From IMG/VR virus record IMGVR_UViG_3300019927_000017, positions 1 through 64,000 of that record: a DNA stretch of 64,000 nucleotides. One strand, given 5' to 3'. Source of the DNA: a virus. Of this stretch, positions 9,185 through 20,018 are shown piece by piece. The notes beneath the pieces are model-generated. The model ran no database searches and was not told where the DNA came from. It saw nothing but the letters and a program-made list of their open reading frames with translations. The stretch's first letter is position 1, and every line of letters starts with the position of its first letter. The position numbers and the translations under genes were made by a program.

Positions 9185-10899
9185 TGGACGAAGAACTGGC
9201 TGAAACAATCGCCGAGTCCGAAGGCGGCCTCAACGACGAGGATGCACTTCGGGAACGGTGGGACGGTCGGCCAGACCTCTTCATCGAGGATGTTTTTCGT
9301 GTTCGTGACCTGAACACGAAGACGGTCGAAGACCTCGAACTGACCGGCTATCAGCGTCAGTTTATCCACGCGATGTGGTACGGGGACGCTTCGACGCTTT
9401 CTGTACTTAAGGGCCGACGAACGGGGTACTCGTTCGTGGCCTGCCTGACGATTTTGGCGTACTGCCTGTTGAATCCGCACAGTTTCGTTGCGATTACAGG
9501 GCCGTCGAAGTCTCAGGCGAAGGACCGGATTGATGACATCTACGACCTGCTGAAGTGGTCGAAACTCAATCTGACCCGAGAGGGATGTCCGACTGACAAC
9601 ACCGACGAAATCGAACTGCCGAACGGCGCGACGATGATGGCGTTCGCGGGCAACCCGGACACCTCGCGTGGTGCTGACTCGGCTGACATCCTCTTCATTG
9701 ACGAGATGGCGTTCCTCGAAGATGAACAGGAGTCGATGAACGCTTTCGGGCCGTTCACGGCCCTCGGTGACGCAAGCACGATTCAGATTTCGACGCCGAA
9801 CACCTCGAACGACCTCTTCATGCAGGACATGGAGAACGGGTCGCCGAAGGGCGATAACGGCATCATCGCCATCGAACAGCCGTCCTTCAAGAACGCCGAG
9901 GAAATCAACGTAGAGCGTTCCCTCATCGAGCAGGGCGTCGAACCGGCCAATCCATATCAGAATATGGAGGAAGCCGAGAAGGCCCGCCAGCGTGACCCCG
10001 AGGGGTTCAAGCAGGAGTACCTGTGCAAGACCGTCTCCGACCGCTATCGGTTCTTTACCGAGGAGGGCATCGACCGGGCGGTCGAGCGCGGTCGGGCTGA
10101 CGGTCACGTTCACCATCCCGCCACGCACGCACGACTCGGCGGCAAGATGGTGATGGGCGTGGACATCGCCGCTGGTGGGAAGGACGACACCGCGATTTCC
10201 GTCTTCGAACACTACGGGCAAGACCGCCTTCTCCGCTTCCACACGGTTCTGGACGAGGAAGACCTCGATAAGGTCGGTGTGGGTGGGAAGCCTGAGAATC
10301 CGTCTGACATGGCGGCCTACATCGACTTCCTCGCCGACAACATGGGAGTCGATAAAGTCTACCTCGACAAGACCGGGGTCGGCGAAGGCTTCAACAACGA
10401 AGTCAACAAGGTGCTGGGCCGTCGGGCCGAGGGCTTCGACTTCGACAACAAGGAGAAAATCGCGGAGATGATGGGCGACTTCAACTACGCCCTTCACAAC
10501 GACCTTGTTACCCTCGTGCCGGGCGACGACGGCCTTATCGCGGCTCAACTGAAGGCCATCGTCAAGGAGAAGAACCACCGAACTTCGAAGCCGAAGTTCT
10601 CCGGCAAGGACAACGCCCCGAACGGGAAGGACGACCTCGCAATGGCGCTCGTCCTCGGTGCGTACCCGCCGAACTTCGACGCTGACCGGAACACGACTCC
10701 TGTTCAGCGTGATAACGTCTCCGGCTACCAAGACGAAGAGCCTGATGTCACGGAAGGCTCTCGCGGTGACGGTTTCGAAGCGATGCTCGGGACGAACTCC
10801 GAGTCTCGCGGCGAAACGGATGGCGACGACCACGTAGCAATAGGCACACAACCAGACACGGGCCGTAGCAGGCGTTACAACTCACGACACTCTCGATAA
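9184..10899 (+). CDS. terL: terminase large subunit
   Basis: Walker A-like KGRRTGYS, Walker B ILFIDEMAF, ISTPN coupling motif, nuclease-domain GVDIAAGGKDDTAISV. Trimmed to the ATG at 9184. Confidence 0.9.
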   Translation: MDEELAETIAESEGGLNDEDALRERWDGRPDLFIEDVFRVRDLNTKTVEDLELTGYQRQFIHAMWYGDASTLSVLKGRRTGYSFVACLTILAYCLLNPHSFVAITGPSKSQAKDRIDDIYDLLKWSKLNLTREGCPTDNTDEIELPNGATMMAFAGNPDTSRGADSADILFIDEMAFLEDEQESMNAFGPFTALGDASTIQISTPNTSNDLFMQDMENGSPKGDNGIIAIEQPSFKNAEEINVERSLIEQGVEPANPYQNMEEAEKARQRDPEGFKQEYLCKTVSDRYRFFTEEGIDRAVERGRADGHVHHPATHARLGGKMVMGVDIAAGGKDDTAISVFEHYGQDRLLRFHTVLDEEDLDKVGVGGKPENPSDMAAYIDFLADNMGVDKVYLDKTGVGEGFNNEVNKVLGRRAEGFDFDNKEKIAEMMGDFNYALHNDLVTLVPGDDGLIAAQLKAIVKEKNHRTSKPKFSGKDNAPNGKDDLAMALVLGAYPPNFDADRNTTPVQRDNVSGYQDEEPDVTEGSRGDGFEAMLGTNSESRGETDGDDHVAIGTQPDTGRSRRYNSRHSR

Positions 10900-12452
10900 T
10901 GGCTGAATCCGAACAGAACTTCGTAGCGCCCGACCCTCCCGATGGGGACAATGCAGATTTCTATACCGATTCCCAAAAGGGGGTTATTCGGAGCGACACG
11001 GGCGGCGGAAGTTCCGTCGGCGGCGAACGGGCGGCGTCTGCGCCTGAAGCCACCATAGACGAGCATCGTGACATAGCCTACACCGACCCTCACGTCAAGG
11101 AGGGTCTGATGACCCTCATCGACTGGATTGTCGGTGACGGCTTCAACCTCGCTCCCCGGAGTTACGAGACTCCGATGGAGTCCGGCATCTCGGACGAAGG
11201 AGAGGCGGCAGGAGACGCCGCAGACGCCGCCCAGCCGGACACAGATGTTTCCGAGGGCAATCCCTCGTCCGAAGGTCAGGAGACGACAGTCCAACGGCTG
11301 AGTCGGCTTCTCGAAACGTCTAACTTCTGGACGGTGTTCGTGGACTGGGTTCGCTATGCGGCCATCGACGGACACGCTTTCATGGAACTCGTGGTCGAGG
11401 AGGGGCAGTTCAAGCCCAAACTTCTCCCCACGAAGCGCATGGAGCGGAAGGAAGACAAGTTCGGCAATCTGAAGTTCTACCGACTTCAGACGCCGGAAGG
11501 CGGTACTTCCGGTGGTAGTGGTGGTACTGGTTCTAATGGAATCAAGTACGCACCTCACGAGGTCGCCGAACTGACGTTCCAGAAGCACCCGACCGACGAC
11601 TTCGGGCGCTCTCTTATCGAACCCATCGCGGAGCAGGCCGATATGCTCCGTGACATGGAAATCGACTACGCCCGCTTCATCGCTACGAAGGCGTATCCTC
11701 CGATTCTCTGGAAACTGGGCGATGAAGACCACAACTGGACCGAAGACCAAGTTCAGGCGTGGATGGACAACGTTCAGTCGATTGAGCCTGACACGATGCT
11801 CGCGGCTCCGCACGACGTGGAGACGGACATCGTAGGCACGACCTCGACCTCCTCGACGGCTGGGGCGATGCGGCTCGAAGAGACGTTCGAACACTTCGAG
11901 AACCGCGTCGTCACCGGCCTTGGCGTTCCGCGTGTCCTGATGAACATGGACATTGGCGGGCAGGGCGAGACGACGGCGACGATGCCGTCCTTCAAGCGTC
12001 GTGTTGACCGGCTCCAGAATCGCGTGAAGTCTGCGGTGGAGTCGCAAATCATCATGTCTCTCCTGACGGAGAGCGCCGGACTGGACACAGACCCCGGCGT
12101 CAACGTCCCCGAGTTCCAGTTCGGGGAACATAGTTCAGCCGAGAAACGCCTCGAACTGGACAAACTTCTCAACCTCTTCAACAACGGCCTGCTGACACCC
12201 GAAGCGTTCGCGGAGCGGGCTGGCATCGACCCCGATGAAGTTCCGGCGTTCTGGAACGAAGGCGAACATCTGGACAACCTTCGCGCCCTCTCTCAGTTGG
12301 GCGACGACATCCAGAACCCCGAGGGCGGCAGTCCGACCGACACCGAAGGCGGGGCTGAATCGGCTGGCGGTGAAGTCACTTCTCGACAAGACACCGGAGC
12401 CGATTCGAGCAACGGCAGGAACAAGAAATCTGTCACGGAGGATGAGGGCTGA
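10899..12452 (+). CDS. portal protein
   Basis: 517 aa directly after terL, acidic C-terminus. Called on synteny and size. Confidence 0.8.
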   Translation: MAESEQNFVAPDPPDGDNADFYTDSQKGVIRSDTGGGSSVGGERAASAPEATIDEHRDIAYTDPHVKEGLMTLIDWIVGDGFNLAPRSYETPMESGISDEGEAAGDAADAAQPDTDVSEGNPSSEGQETTVQRLSRLLETSNFWTVFVDWVRYAAIDGHAFMELVVEEGQFKPKLLPTKRMERKEDKFGNLKFYRLQTPEGGTSGGSGGTGSNGIKYAPHEVAELTFQKHPTDDFGRSLIEPIAEQADMLRDMEIDYARFIATKAYPPILWKLGDEDHNWTEDQVQAWMDNVQSIEPDTMLAAPHDVETDIVGTTSTSSTAGAMRLEETFEHFENRVVTGLGVPRVLMNMDIGGQGETTATMPSFKRRVDRLQNRVKSAVESQIIMSLLTESAGLDTDPGVNVPEFQFGEHSSAEKRLELDKLLNLFNNGLLTPEAFAERAGIDPDEVPAFWNEGEHLDNLRALSQLGDDIQNPEGGSPTDTEGGAESAGGEVTSRQDTGADSSNGRNKKSVTEDEG

Positions 12453-12459
12453 CTAATCT

Positions 12460-12732
12460 ATGGACGATTCTGAAACAGAACAACTTGACGACATCCACGA
12501 GGAAATCCAAGGTTCTAACGCACAGTTAGGGGCAATCGCAGAGCGGACTCGGCAGATACAGGGTTCTCTCGAAGACATCAACGACGACGTTCAACAGAAC
12601 CAGCGAGACATCAACGACCTTCAGGGCAAGGTGAGGCGGAACACCGTCATCATCAACGGCGTGACAGTCGGCCTCGGGAGCGTCGTTCTGTGGGTTTCCG
12701 ACAAAATCTCCCGCATCAATCCGTTCGCATGA
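12460..12732 (+). CDS. coiled-coil protein with C-terminal transmembrane helix (90 aa)
   Basis: ORF track. C-terminal segment VIINGVTVGLGSVVLWV. Confidence 0.55.
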   Translation: MDDSETEQLDDIHEEIQGSNAQLGAIAERTRQIQGSLEDINDDVQQNQRDINDLQGKVRRNTVIINGVTVGLGSVVLWVSDKISRINPFA

Positions 12733-13451
12733 CCGAAACTACACTCAACATCGAAGAGACGCTGACTTTTAGCGCCTCTACCCCGGATGGTGACATCGAC
12801 TTCAGCCACTCGGAGTTCCAAGAACGGGTTGGTACAGGCTTCAACGAACACGGCGTTCGTGAGAACTACGACGATGACGGCAACCTCGAAAGCGTTGACG
12901 TTATCTTCGCCGCGATGGAGCCGGGACCGCCGGAAGACCGAAACGGCGTCCGAATCACCGAAGACTTCCTCGATAAGGTGGCCGGGAAGGAGTATGCGTC
13001 TCCGCCCCCGCACCTGAAAGACCACGAAGACAAGAACTCGTGGGCGAGAATCGGTGACGTTCGTGAAAAGTGGTTCTCCGACCGGCTGGAGAAGTTCTTC
13101 CTGATGACTCGGACTCCGAACATCTCGGAGTCTCAGAATCACAAGGAAGCAATAGCCCGATACACCCACGACCCGCCTGCTATCCGCGACGGGTCGCTTG
13201 GCTTCGGGAGCAACTACGAGGCCGTGATGAACGAAGCGGGAGAGCCTGAGATGCGCGACGGCAAGTTCCGTGAGTTCTCGACGGTCAATTTCCCCGGTGG
13301 CTATGATGAAGGCGGCGTCAATGCGGCCTTCGCTGAAGCCATCGAGGATGCTGATGCCGAGTTCGATGACCCGGCGGACGATGGCGATAAGTCCGGCGAG
13401 AACTCGGCGACGGAAGACTTCGCGGTAGACACCGACACAATCCAATTCTAA
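12729..13451 (+). CDS. prohead maturation protease (HK97-type, tentative)
   Basis: Position between portal and scaffold. REFSTVNFPGG resembles the E-x-S-L-V-x-x-PA motif. ATGA start at 12729. Confidence 0.55.
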   Translation: MTETTLNIEETLTFSASTPDGDIDFSHSEFQERVGTGFNEHGVRENYDDDGNLESVDVIFAAMEPGPPEDRNGVRITEDFLDKVAGKEYASPPPHLKDHEDKNSWARIGDVREKWFSDRLEKFFLMTRTPNISESQNHKEAIARYTHDPPAIRDGSLGFGSNYEAVMNEAGEPEMRDGKFREFSTVNFPGGYDEGGVNAAFAEAIEDADAEFDDPADDGDKSGENSATEDFAVDTDTIQF

Positions 13452-13452
13452 C

Positions 13453-13911
13453 ATGGAACTCAATTTCAACCAAGTCTCCTACGAAGGGGACCTCTCCGAC
13501 TTCTCCGAAGACGAACTTCGAGAGACTGTCCGAGAGTTCGAGACTGCACAGGATTCCAACGTCGCCGAGTTCGAGAAGGCGGCTGAGGCGCTGGACGAAG
13601 TGGACGAATCCACTATCGAAGACTTCGAGGATGCTCGTGAGAGCCTTATCGAAGACATCACCGACGCTGAAGCCTTCGATGAGGTTCCGCTGACTGAAGA
13701 TTCGCTGGAGGATGCCGAGTTCTCCGAACTTCAGGACTGGCGCGACTTCGTGGACGAGCAGGCCGCCGAGGATGGCGGCGACGAGGGCGGCGAGGATGGC
13801 GGCGAAGACTTCGATGACTTCGGTCAGAAGTCTCCCACCGACCTCGATGACGAGCAAGAAGACTTCGTGGAGAAGGAACTGAGCGGGATTCAGGGCCTCA
13901 ACCTCGACTGA
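13453..13911 (+). CDS. scaffolding protein (very acidic, helical)
   Basis: Position between protease and capsid genes, extreme D/E content. Confidence 0.5.
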   Translation: MELNFNQVSYEGDLSDFSEDELRETVREFETAQDSNVAEFEKAAEALDEVDESTIEDFEDARESLIEDITDAEAFDEVPLTEDSLEDAEFSELQDWRDFVDEQAAEDGGDEGGEDGGEDFDDFGQKSPTDLDDEQEDFVEKELSGIQGLNLD

Positions 13912-13929
13912 AGTCTCTACTACATACTA

Positions 13930-14484
13930 ATGACGGATTTCAACATCGCAACTGGCGAGGAACAGCCTCTCAACCGTACCGGCATCGACAACGTGCAGGT
14001 TACGGGCGAGAATCAGGGCGTCCCGGTCGGCATCGACAACTCTGTTGACCCGCCCCAACTGGTGCGGGCCGACGCCGCCGCTGACGCAAACGACGCCGGA
14101 ACTGGCCCGATTCAGGCCATCGGCGTTCTCTTCCCCCGCGAGGTCATGCCTGCCGACCTCTCGAACGTCACCCAGCACCCTTGGGACGACGTGGAAGAGC
14201 AGATTTACCGAGAGGAACGCACTCTCGCGGGCGACCGCGCGACTGTCGTTCGTTCCGGTATCGAGATGGTCAACGACGACGACGACACCGACTTCACGCC
14301 GAGTGAGCCGGTGTATCTCGATGTCGGCGGTGGCTTCACGCAGACGAAGCCCTCCACGTCCGGTCAGGCTGTGCAGGTTCTCGGAGTCGCCTGCACCACG
14401 ATGGACGATGGCGTGAACCCTCAGAACGTCTCGAAGGACCGCCTCTTCCTCGAAGTCGAGGCTGGCTACGAGGTTCTGGCGTAA
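13930..14484 (+). CDS. capsid-associated protein (possible head decoration protein)
   Basis: Lies immediately upstream of the major capsid gene, as in lambda-like D/E arrangements. The function is inferred only. Confidence 0.5.
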   Translation: MTDFNIATGEEQPLNRTGIDNVQVTGENQGVPVGIDNSVDPPQLVRADAAADANDAGTGPIQAIGVLFPREVMPADLSNVTQHPWDDVEEQIYREERTLAGDRATVVRSGIEMVNDDDDTDFTPSEPVYLDVGGGFTQTKPSTSGQAVQVLGVACTTMDDGVNPQNVSKDRLFLEVEAGYEVLA

Positions 14485-14521
14485 AAGACTCTACCTGACT
14501 AACTTCAACTCTTAATCAACA

Positions 14522-15487
14522 ATGGCACGCCGACACGAACTTCATACTGCTGACGGAAAGCCCATCGACGACCTGCTCGAAATGGCTCGTCGGCTTTTCG
14601 ACCGCTACAACGACGCTGAGAAGCCGTTCCGCGAGATGTTCGCGGAGACGGTTACTGAACAGACCTTCTACCAAGAAGCCGAGCAGGACGACATCTACTG
14701 GGATGAGATTTCCGAGGGCGAGTCCCCCCGTGCGATGCGCGACGAGGAGGATGACGGCAAGTGGATGACCATCCGGGGTTCGACTTACAGCAAGTCGCTC
14801 GGGATGACGCAGAAGTACATCCGCCGGACCTCCAGCGAGGAGATTCTGCGGAAACTTCGCCGCCTGCTCTCCGGTGCGAAGAACACCGAGGAGCAACTCA
14901 TCTACTCCACGCTCCAGAACGGCATCATCGACGGTTCGGGTGCTTGGTACGACATCAAGGACTACGGCGAGTACCAGTTCGACAACAGTCACAACCACGT
15001 CTTCAACCAGACGGACGACCTGTTCGACAACGACGGTACTGACGACACCGCCTACGAAGCGCACGAACACATCGAGGAGGCCAAGCGCCACCTCACCCAT
15101 CACGGGATGGAAGGTCCGTTCGTGGGCCTCGTCTCCAACTCCTTCAAGCGCAGTCTGAAGGACGAGATTTCGTGGGACGCGCAGTACCACATCCCGATGG
15201 CGACCAATATGCGCTCGGCTGACACGCAGGACCTCGACATCGTTATCGACGGGGTTCGGCTGGTCGAGTCGCCGTGGATGGCTGGCGAGAAGTTCTACGT
15301 CACGCAGGCGGAGAACGAGTCGCCGGTCAAGTTCCTCGAAGAGCGTCCCGTTCAGGTCAACCGACCGAACGGTGCGCTCGTCCGTTCGCCGGGCGACCTG
15401 CTCGGTGCGAACGCCGAGGCCGACTACGGTTGCCGCATGGCCGACCCGCTCGCCGCCGTTGAAGTGACGGCGACGAACGTCAAGTAA
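14522..15487 (+). CDS. major capsid protein
   Basis: 321 aa after protease and scaffold, well-expressed-looking spacer upstream. Called on synteny. Confidence 0.7.
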   Translation: MARRHELHTADGKPIDDLLEMARRLFDRYNDAEKPFREMFAETVTEQTFYQEAEQDDIYWDEISEGESPRAMRDEEDDGKWMTIRGSTYSKSLGMTQKYIRRTSSEEILRKLRRLLSGAKNTEEQLIYSTLQNGIIDGSGAWYDIKDYGEYQFDNSHNHVFNQTDDLFDNDGTDDTAYEAHEHIEEAKRHLTHHGMEGPFVGLVSNSFKRSLKDEISWDAQYHIPMATNMRSADTQDLDIVIDGVRLVESPWMAGEKFYVTQAENESPVKFLEERPVQVNRPNGALVRSPGDLLGANAEADYGCRMADPLAAVEVTATNVK

Positions 15488-15517
15488 AGGGCCTCTCTGA
15501 GGCCGTCTGATTCATAG

Positions 15518-15994
15518 ATGTTCTCTGACGAAACTGAACTCAAGAGCGAAGTGAGAGAAATGACCGGCTACACGTCGGTCAACGTTCTCTCCAACGACGG
15601 CCTCGATACAGCGTATCGGAACGCGAAACGTCATATCCGGGTACGGAAGTCCCTCGAACCGGAGTTCGTCTGGTTCGAACCCGATAAGGCCGCCGCGCAG
15701 GACGCGCTGTACTGGTGGACGTGTCTCTTCTCGAAGGTCCAGACGGGCGAACTCGACGCCCAAGACCTTCAAGCAGGAGCCGTTGACCAAGGCGCGTTGC
15801 TGGCGAAGGACGACGATGAAGTGACGATGTGGTATCGTCAGGCGGATGGGGCGCTTGAGTCTATCAAGTCGTCCAACATCATCCGTGCTTCTTCTCCTGC
15901 CCGAACCGACCGCGACTACCAACCTGATGGTTTCTCCACGGGCGACAACTCCGGTGGTTCTGGTGGGGACACTATCGACTCCAGCGACCTATGA
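15518..15994 (+). CDS. head-tail connector / adaptor protein
   Basis: First gene after the capsid gene. Called on synteny. Confidence 0.5.
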   Translation: MFSDETELKSEVREMTGYTSVNVLSNDGLDTAYRNAKRHIRVRKSLEPEFVWFEPDKAAAQDALYWWTCLFSKVQTGELDAQDLQAGAVDQGALLAKDDDEVTMWYRQADGALESIKSSNIIRASSPARTDRDYQPDGFSTGDNSGGSGGDTIDSSDL

Positions 15995-16362
15995 CGTATG
16001 GGGCGACTGGCATCGCCGCTCAAATTCACCGACGCGGCGGTGAAGCCCAAGTTCTAACCCGTGGCGAAACGGGCCAGAACGAGTTCGGCAACATGACCGA
16101 CGACTACACTCCCGACCGCTCGGTTTTGGCGGCGAAGACGTACCCGAACCGCAACACTCAGGTCGAATCTAACGTCGGCGACCGAGGCCAAGACCGTCCA
16201 GTCTTCATGGTTCCCATCGGGGACAACCAGCCGGACCCTCCGGCTGAAGAAGACCATATCGTCTACGATGGTCAGGAGTACGAGGTGAAGTCGCACACAC
16301 CCTACGACACTCACGTCGAGTTCTTCGCTGAACCTGTCATCCACGACGAGGATGGTGAGTGA
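15991..16362 (+). CDS. head closure / head-tail joining protein
   Basis: Synteny, ATGA coupling. Confidence 0.5.
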   Translation: MTYGATGIAAQIHRRGGEAQVLTRGETGQNEFGNMTDDYTPDRSVLAAKTYPNRNTQVESNVGDRGQDRPVFMVPIGDNQPDPPAEEDHIVYDGQEYEVKSHTPYDTHVEFFAEPVIHDEDGE

Positions 16363-16970
16363 CCGTGAGTGGTGACATCGACCTCGACATTGACGTTCGG
16401 AAGGCCGACCGCGTTCAGCCCGCTCTCCGACGCGGACTCCGAGAAGGGCTGGAGGATGCAGGCAACTGGATGCTCGACAGCGGTGAAGACAAGGCCAAGG
16501 ACGTTGTTCTCGGCGCTGACCGTGTGTGGCGGAAGACGCTGAAGCAAGGCTTCCGCACGGAAGAGAACGATTTCAACCGAACGTATCGCTGGAAGGGCGA
16601 GATTCGCAACGAGGCTCCTCACGCTGAAATCAACGAACGGGGCCTAAAGCCGGGAACGTCTCCGGCTGTTCAGGACATCATCCCGTGGGTTGACGACAAA
16701 CTGACGCCGAACGCGAAGGCGCAAGCCTCTGCCGACGCGGCAGACACCGACAACTGGACGCCTGAACTGGAACGGCTCGCGGCTGAGTACAGTCCCGGCA
16801 TCGTCATCACGTCCTTCGCTGTGAAGGAAGGGCTGGAGGATGACGGTTACTCCGGCATCGGCTTCATGGAGACTACCGAGCAGTATCTCAGCAGTTACGG
16901 CCCGCCGCTGGTGAAGCGGAAGGTCGAGAAGCACATGGAGCGCGAACTCCGCGCGGCTGGACTGAAGTAG
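16359..16970 (+). CDS. HK97 gp10-like neck protein
   Basis: APHAEINERGLKPGT resembles the gp10-family H-A-x-x-x-E-x-G-T motif. GTG start overlaps the upstream stop. Confidence 0.6.
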   Translation: MTVSGDIDLDIDVRKADRVQPALRRGLREGLEDAGNWMLDSGEDKAKDVVLGADRVWRKTLKQGFRTEENDFNRTYRWKGEIRNEAPHAEINERGLKPGTSPAVQDIIPWVDDKLTPNAKAQASADAADTDNWTPELERLAAEYSPGIVITSFAVKEGLEDDGYSGIGFMETTEQYLSSYGPPLVKRKVEKHMERELRAAGLK

Positions 16971-16978
16971 ATTCTCTC

Positions 16979-17509
16979 ATGGACGAAACCGACCTAATCA
17001 TCGCTCTCCAGTCGCACATCTCTTCGGCCTTATCGGTTCCAGTCCGTACACAGGCCCTCGAAGACGAGCGCCCCGTTCCGGTCGTCATCATAGACGACTG
17101 GGACACAAACGACTTCAACTTCCATAACTCCGCCTTCGCGGGCGAGGCCGTCGGTGACTTCGATAACGACGGTTCTCTGGAGTACGAACGGTATCTGAAC
17201 TTCGACTGGCGAACTCGCGTTGAGTTCCTTGTCAGGGATTCAGACGAAGTTGACGTTAGCAGGTTGAAAGAAGACCTGAAGCACGAACTTCGGCTGATTC
17301 GGGAGAACCCTCAGCAGTTCGACGGCGACCTCAAGCAATGCAGACTCGGGGCTGATGGCAACCCGACGAACGAGTTCACGGAGCCGAAGGAAGCCGAACT
17401 AATGGCTTCAGCGAGGTTCCACGGCGACCACACCGTCGTCCGAACACCGGGCGACACGCAGGAAGATACGCTTGAACAGGTGAAGAGCGGCTTCACGTTC
17501 AATCCGTAG
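16979..17509 (+). CDS. tail completion / terminator protein (tentative)
   Basis: Located immediately before the sheath gene. Confidence 0.5.
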   Translation: MDETDLIIALQSHISSALSVPVRTQALEDERPVPVVIIDDWDTNDFNFHNSAFAGEAVGDFDNDGSLEYERYLNFDWRTRVEFLVRDSDEVDVSRLKEDLKHELRLIRENPQQFDGDLKQCRLGADGNPTNEFTEPKEAELMASARFHGDHTVVRTPGDTQEDTLEQVKSGFTFNP

Positions 17510-17525
17510 TTCTAATTAATCCAAC

Positions 17526-18833
17526 ATGACTCAATACGGCGACAATCAAGAACCCGGCATCATTACGGACCTCACCTCTTCGGCGGCTGTGCCGACTTCG
17601 GGTGAGGCTCCGAGTGACGTTGGAATCGTTGGTCAGGCGGACCTCGCAAACGCGACGAATCCGGCTGACACCACCAAGGTCTATCAGGTAACTCGCGCTT
17701 CCAAGGCGGTCGAGTGGTTCGGCCCGGAAGCATCGAGTATGCTTACCACGGCGGTCATCGACGCGCTGAGTGAAGGCGCGTATCCCGTCTACGCGGTTGC
17801 GACAGCAGAGAACACGGTCAACGGCGAAGACATCTCTGGTGTCGCGTCTACGACCGTCTCGCTGGCAAACGCCCCGATTCGGGAAGACCCCGACTCGATT
17901 ACTGTTACGCTGGACGGCTCCGACCTGACCACCGAGAAGGTCTACGACGACGTGAGTACCTACTCCCCTGCCGCTGGTGAGTGTTACTACAACCCGGTTC
18001 GTGGCAAGGTCGAACTCCCCGGCACGCCGGGTGACGCCGATAACTCGAACGACACCGTGGACTACGAGTCGTTCGACTACTCCGGTGCTATCGACGTTCT
18101 GGTCGATACTGTCCCCGAGGTCATCGACTTCCTCGCTCCCCTTTCCGAGAACGCCTCGGTTGTGGACGACGCCAACCTCACGGTTGCGAACATGGAAGAC
18201 GAGTACAACCTCGCGCTGGCAGTCGGTGGGGCGGACATCCGCCTTGACCCGACGAACTTCACCCAGCAGTACGACGACAGCCGGACGCAGGTCGTCTACC
18301 CGACTCGGTTCGAAGACGACAGTTCGGCCATCGCTTCCTACGTCGGCTTCAAGGCGAGCCTCGGGCTGGCGACTACGCCCATCAACAAGCGGCTCTCGAC
18401 TAACAAGCGCCTCGCAGTCACGCTCAACCGCGCCGAGCGTGGGAGCCTGATTGACGAGGATGTCGTTCCGCTGGCCGACGAGGCCCGTGGTGTTCGTATC
18501 GTGGACGACCCGACCACCGTGTCGGACTCGAACACGGACGAGCAGAACCTCCAGTACGGCTTCAACCGGCTGGCGGCTGACTACATCATCGAGACGACCC
18601 GGAACAACCAGAAGCCCTTCATCGGGAAACTGAACAGTCAGACTGTTCGGAACACGCTGGAAGGGATGGTCAGCGACAGCCTGACGGAACTTCAGGAGTC
18701 GAACGTCGTCATCAGTTACACGGTCAACATCCAGAAGGAGGATGCCGTGACCGCCGGGCTGGAGATGAGCATCGACCTCGTGGAACCTCTCCGGTTCATC
18801 GAGAACACCGTCACCATCGGAAACGGCGGATAA
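17526..18833 (+). CDS. contractile tail sheath protein
   Basis: 435 aa. The N-terminus VGIVGQAD...VYQVTRASKAVEWFG...EGAYPVYAV is typical of sheath proteins. A tube gene follows. Confidence 0.8.
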   Translation: MTQYGDNQEPGIITDLTSSAAVPTSGEAPSDVGIVGQADLANATNPADTTKVYQVTRASKAVEWFGPEASSMLTTAVIDALSEGAYPVYAVATAENTVNGEDISGVASTTVSLANAPIREDPDSITVTLDGSDLTTEKVYDDVSTYSPAAGECYYNPVRGKVELPGTPGDADNSNDTVDYESFDYSGAIDVLVDTVPEVIDFLAPLSENASVVDDANLTVANMEDEYNLALAVGGADIRLDPTNFTQQYDDSRTQVVYPTRFEDDSSAIASYVGFKASLGLATTPINKRLSTNKRLAVTLNRAERGSLIDEDVVPLADEARGVRIVDDPTTVSDSNTDEQNLQYGFNRLAADYIIETTRNNQKPFIGKLNSQTVRNTLEGMVSDSLTELQESNVVISYTVNIQKEDAVTAGLEMSIDLVEPLRFIENTVTIGNGG

Positions 18834-18861
18834 GACTCAACTCTCCACACTTTAATTCATC

Positions 18862-19398
18862 ATGGCACGAAATGGTACTGTTGACCGTATCGAATCCGCC
18901 GCAAACATCGTTCTCGTCGTTTCTCGCGGTACTGAATCTGGCGTCACTTACGAGAGTGGCAGTTTCAACACCGACGGCGAGCCGAATGACGGCGCGGCCT
19001 ACTTCGAGATTCCCATCTCTCGGCTCGACACCACGAAAGAGGTCGAGATTTCCGAGATTCGGGAGTCTTCGCTGAAGGCAAGCGGCTACTCCATCACGTC
19101 CATCTCGTACTCCGGTACGATGATGTTCAAGGGGTCGCGGTTCACCAAGACCGTCCCCGACTCGGAGCAGTCCGACAGCGACGACGTGGACGCCCCCATC
19201 ACCGACTTCCTCTACGATAGTCACGGCGTTCCGATGCCGATGACCATCAACATCAACCACGAACTCACCGACGACCCCGAGCGTTACAAGCACGTTCTGG
19301 CGACTTCGGAGAGTTACGAGGTTCGCTCTGAGGAGGCCACCGAGACGGCTTTCGACTGGGTGGCGATGGACCGGGCCAGCGACCAGCCGGACTCGTAA
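18862..19398 (+). CDS. tail tube protein
   Basis: 178 aa directly after the sheath gene. Confidence 0.65.
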   Translation: MARNGTVDRIESAANIVLVVSRGTESGVTYESGSFNTDGEPNDGAAYFEIPISRLDTTKEVEISEIRESSLKASGYSITSISYSGTMMFKGSRFTKTVPDSEQSDSDDVDAPITDFLYDSHGVPMPMTININHELTDDPERYKHVLATSESYEVRSEEATETAFDWVAMDRASDQPDS

Positions 19399-19468
19399 AC
19401 TCCGCCCCCCTTATCGCGGTTTTCCTGACGTTCTTTAGCGGCTCTTAATCACCGAAACAAACTCACTC

Positions 19469-19957
19469 ATGTCCGAGAACACCGAAGCAGAAGCCGAGAG
19501 TACCGACGCGAACATCAGCCGTCTGCGTGAGATGGCTATCAAGGGCGACCAGTTCCGGTCGGCCATCGACTTCACGTATTACGACATGGAAGGCGAACTG
19601 TACGTCCGACCGCTTACGGACGAGGAGTTCCTTCCGATTGCGGCCTTCCTCGAAAACCGCCTCGACCTCGACCCCGAGGAAGCGCAGGAAGCCCTCGAAG
19701 AGGGCAAGGACGAGGCCAGCGACACCATCGACCCCGGCCAGTTCGATGAAGCCTTCGTGGAAATCATGCACGAGGCCGCTGTCATGGGCATCGACACGTC
19801 CCAAGGCATCGCAGAAGGCGAAGACGAGGAAGGGGTGAAGGAAATCGTCTCGATGCTTCAGGGCGGCAAGTCCCTGATTATCGCCGAGCGGGTGCTGGAA
19901 ATCTCGTCTGACGCCGATAAGGCCGAAGCCTTTCGCAGAGACGGGGGCGGCGAGTAG
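19469..19957 (+). CDS. tail assembly chaperone (acidic)
   Basis: Position between tube and tape measure, acidic composition. Confidence 0.55.
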   Translation: MSENTEAEAESTDANISRLREMAIKGDQFRSAIDFTYYDMEGELYVRPLTDEEFLPIAAFLENRLDLDPEEAQEALEEGKDEASDTIDPGQFDEAFVEIMHEAAVMGIDTSQGIAEGEDEEGVKEIVSMLQGGKSLIIAERVLEISSDADKAEAFRRDGGGE

Positions 19958-20018
19958 TTTCAAGAACCGAGTTGAGAACCACAGCCGGGGCGTTTGCGAC
20001 CTTCCCGGTGTAGACCAC

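Noticed and set aside
9181-10851. 556-aa minus-strand ORF antisense to terL. Similar long antisense ORFs occur at 10875..12131(-), 25752..27149(-), 34658..36094(+), 47171..48496(+), 60362..61840(+), 39558..40463(+) and 22768..23589(-).
   Set aside because: These are shadow ORFs. They arise from GC-rich, Asp/Glu-rich coding on the opposite strand. Their translations are Arg/Val/Gly-rich and low-complexity, unlike the acidic proteome, and each lies fully inside a gene with clear motifs or synteny.
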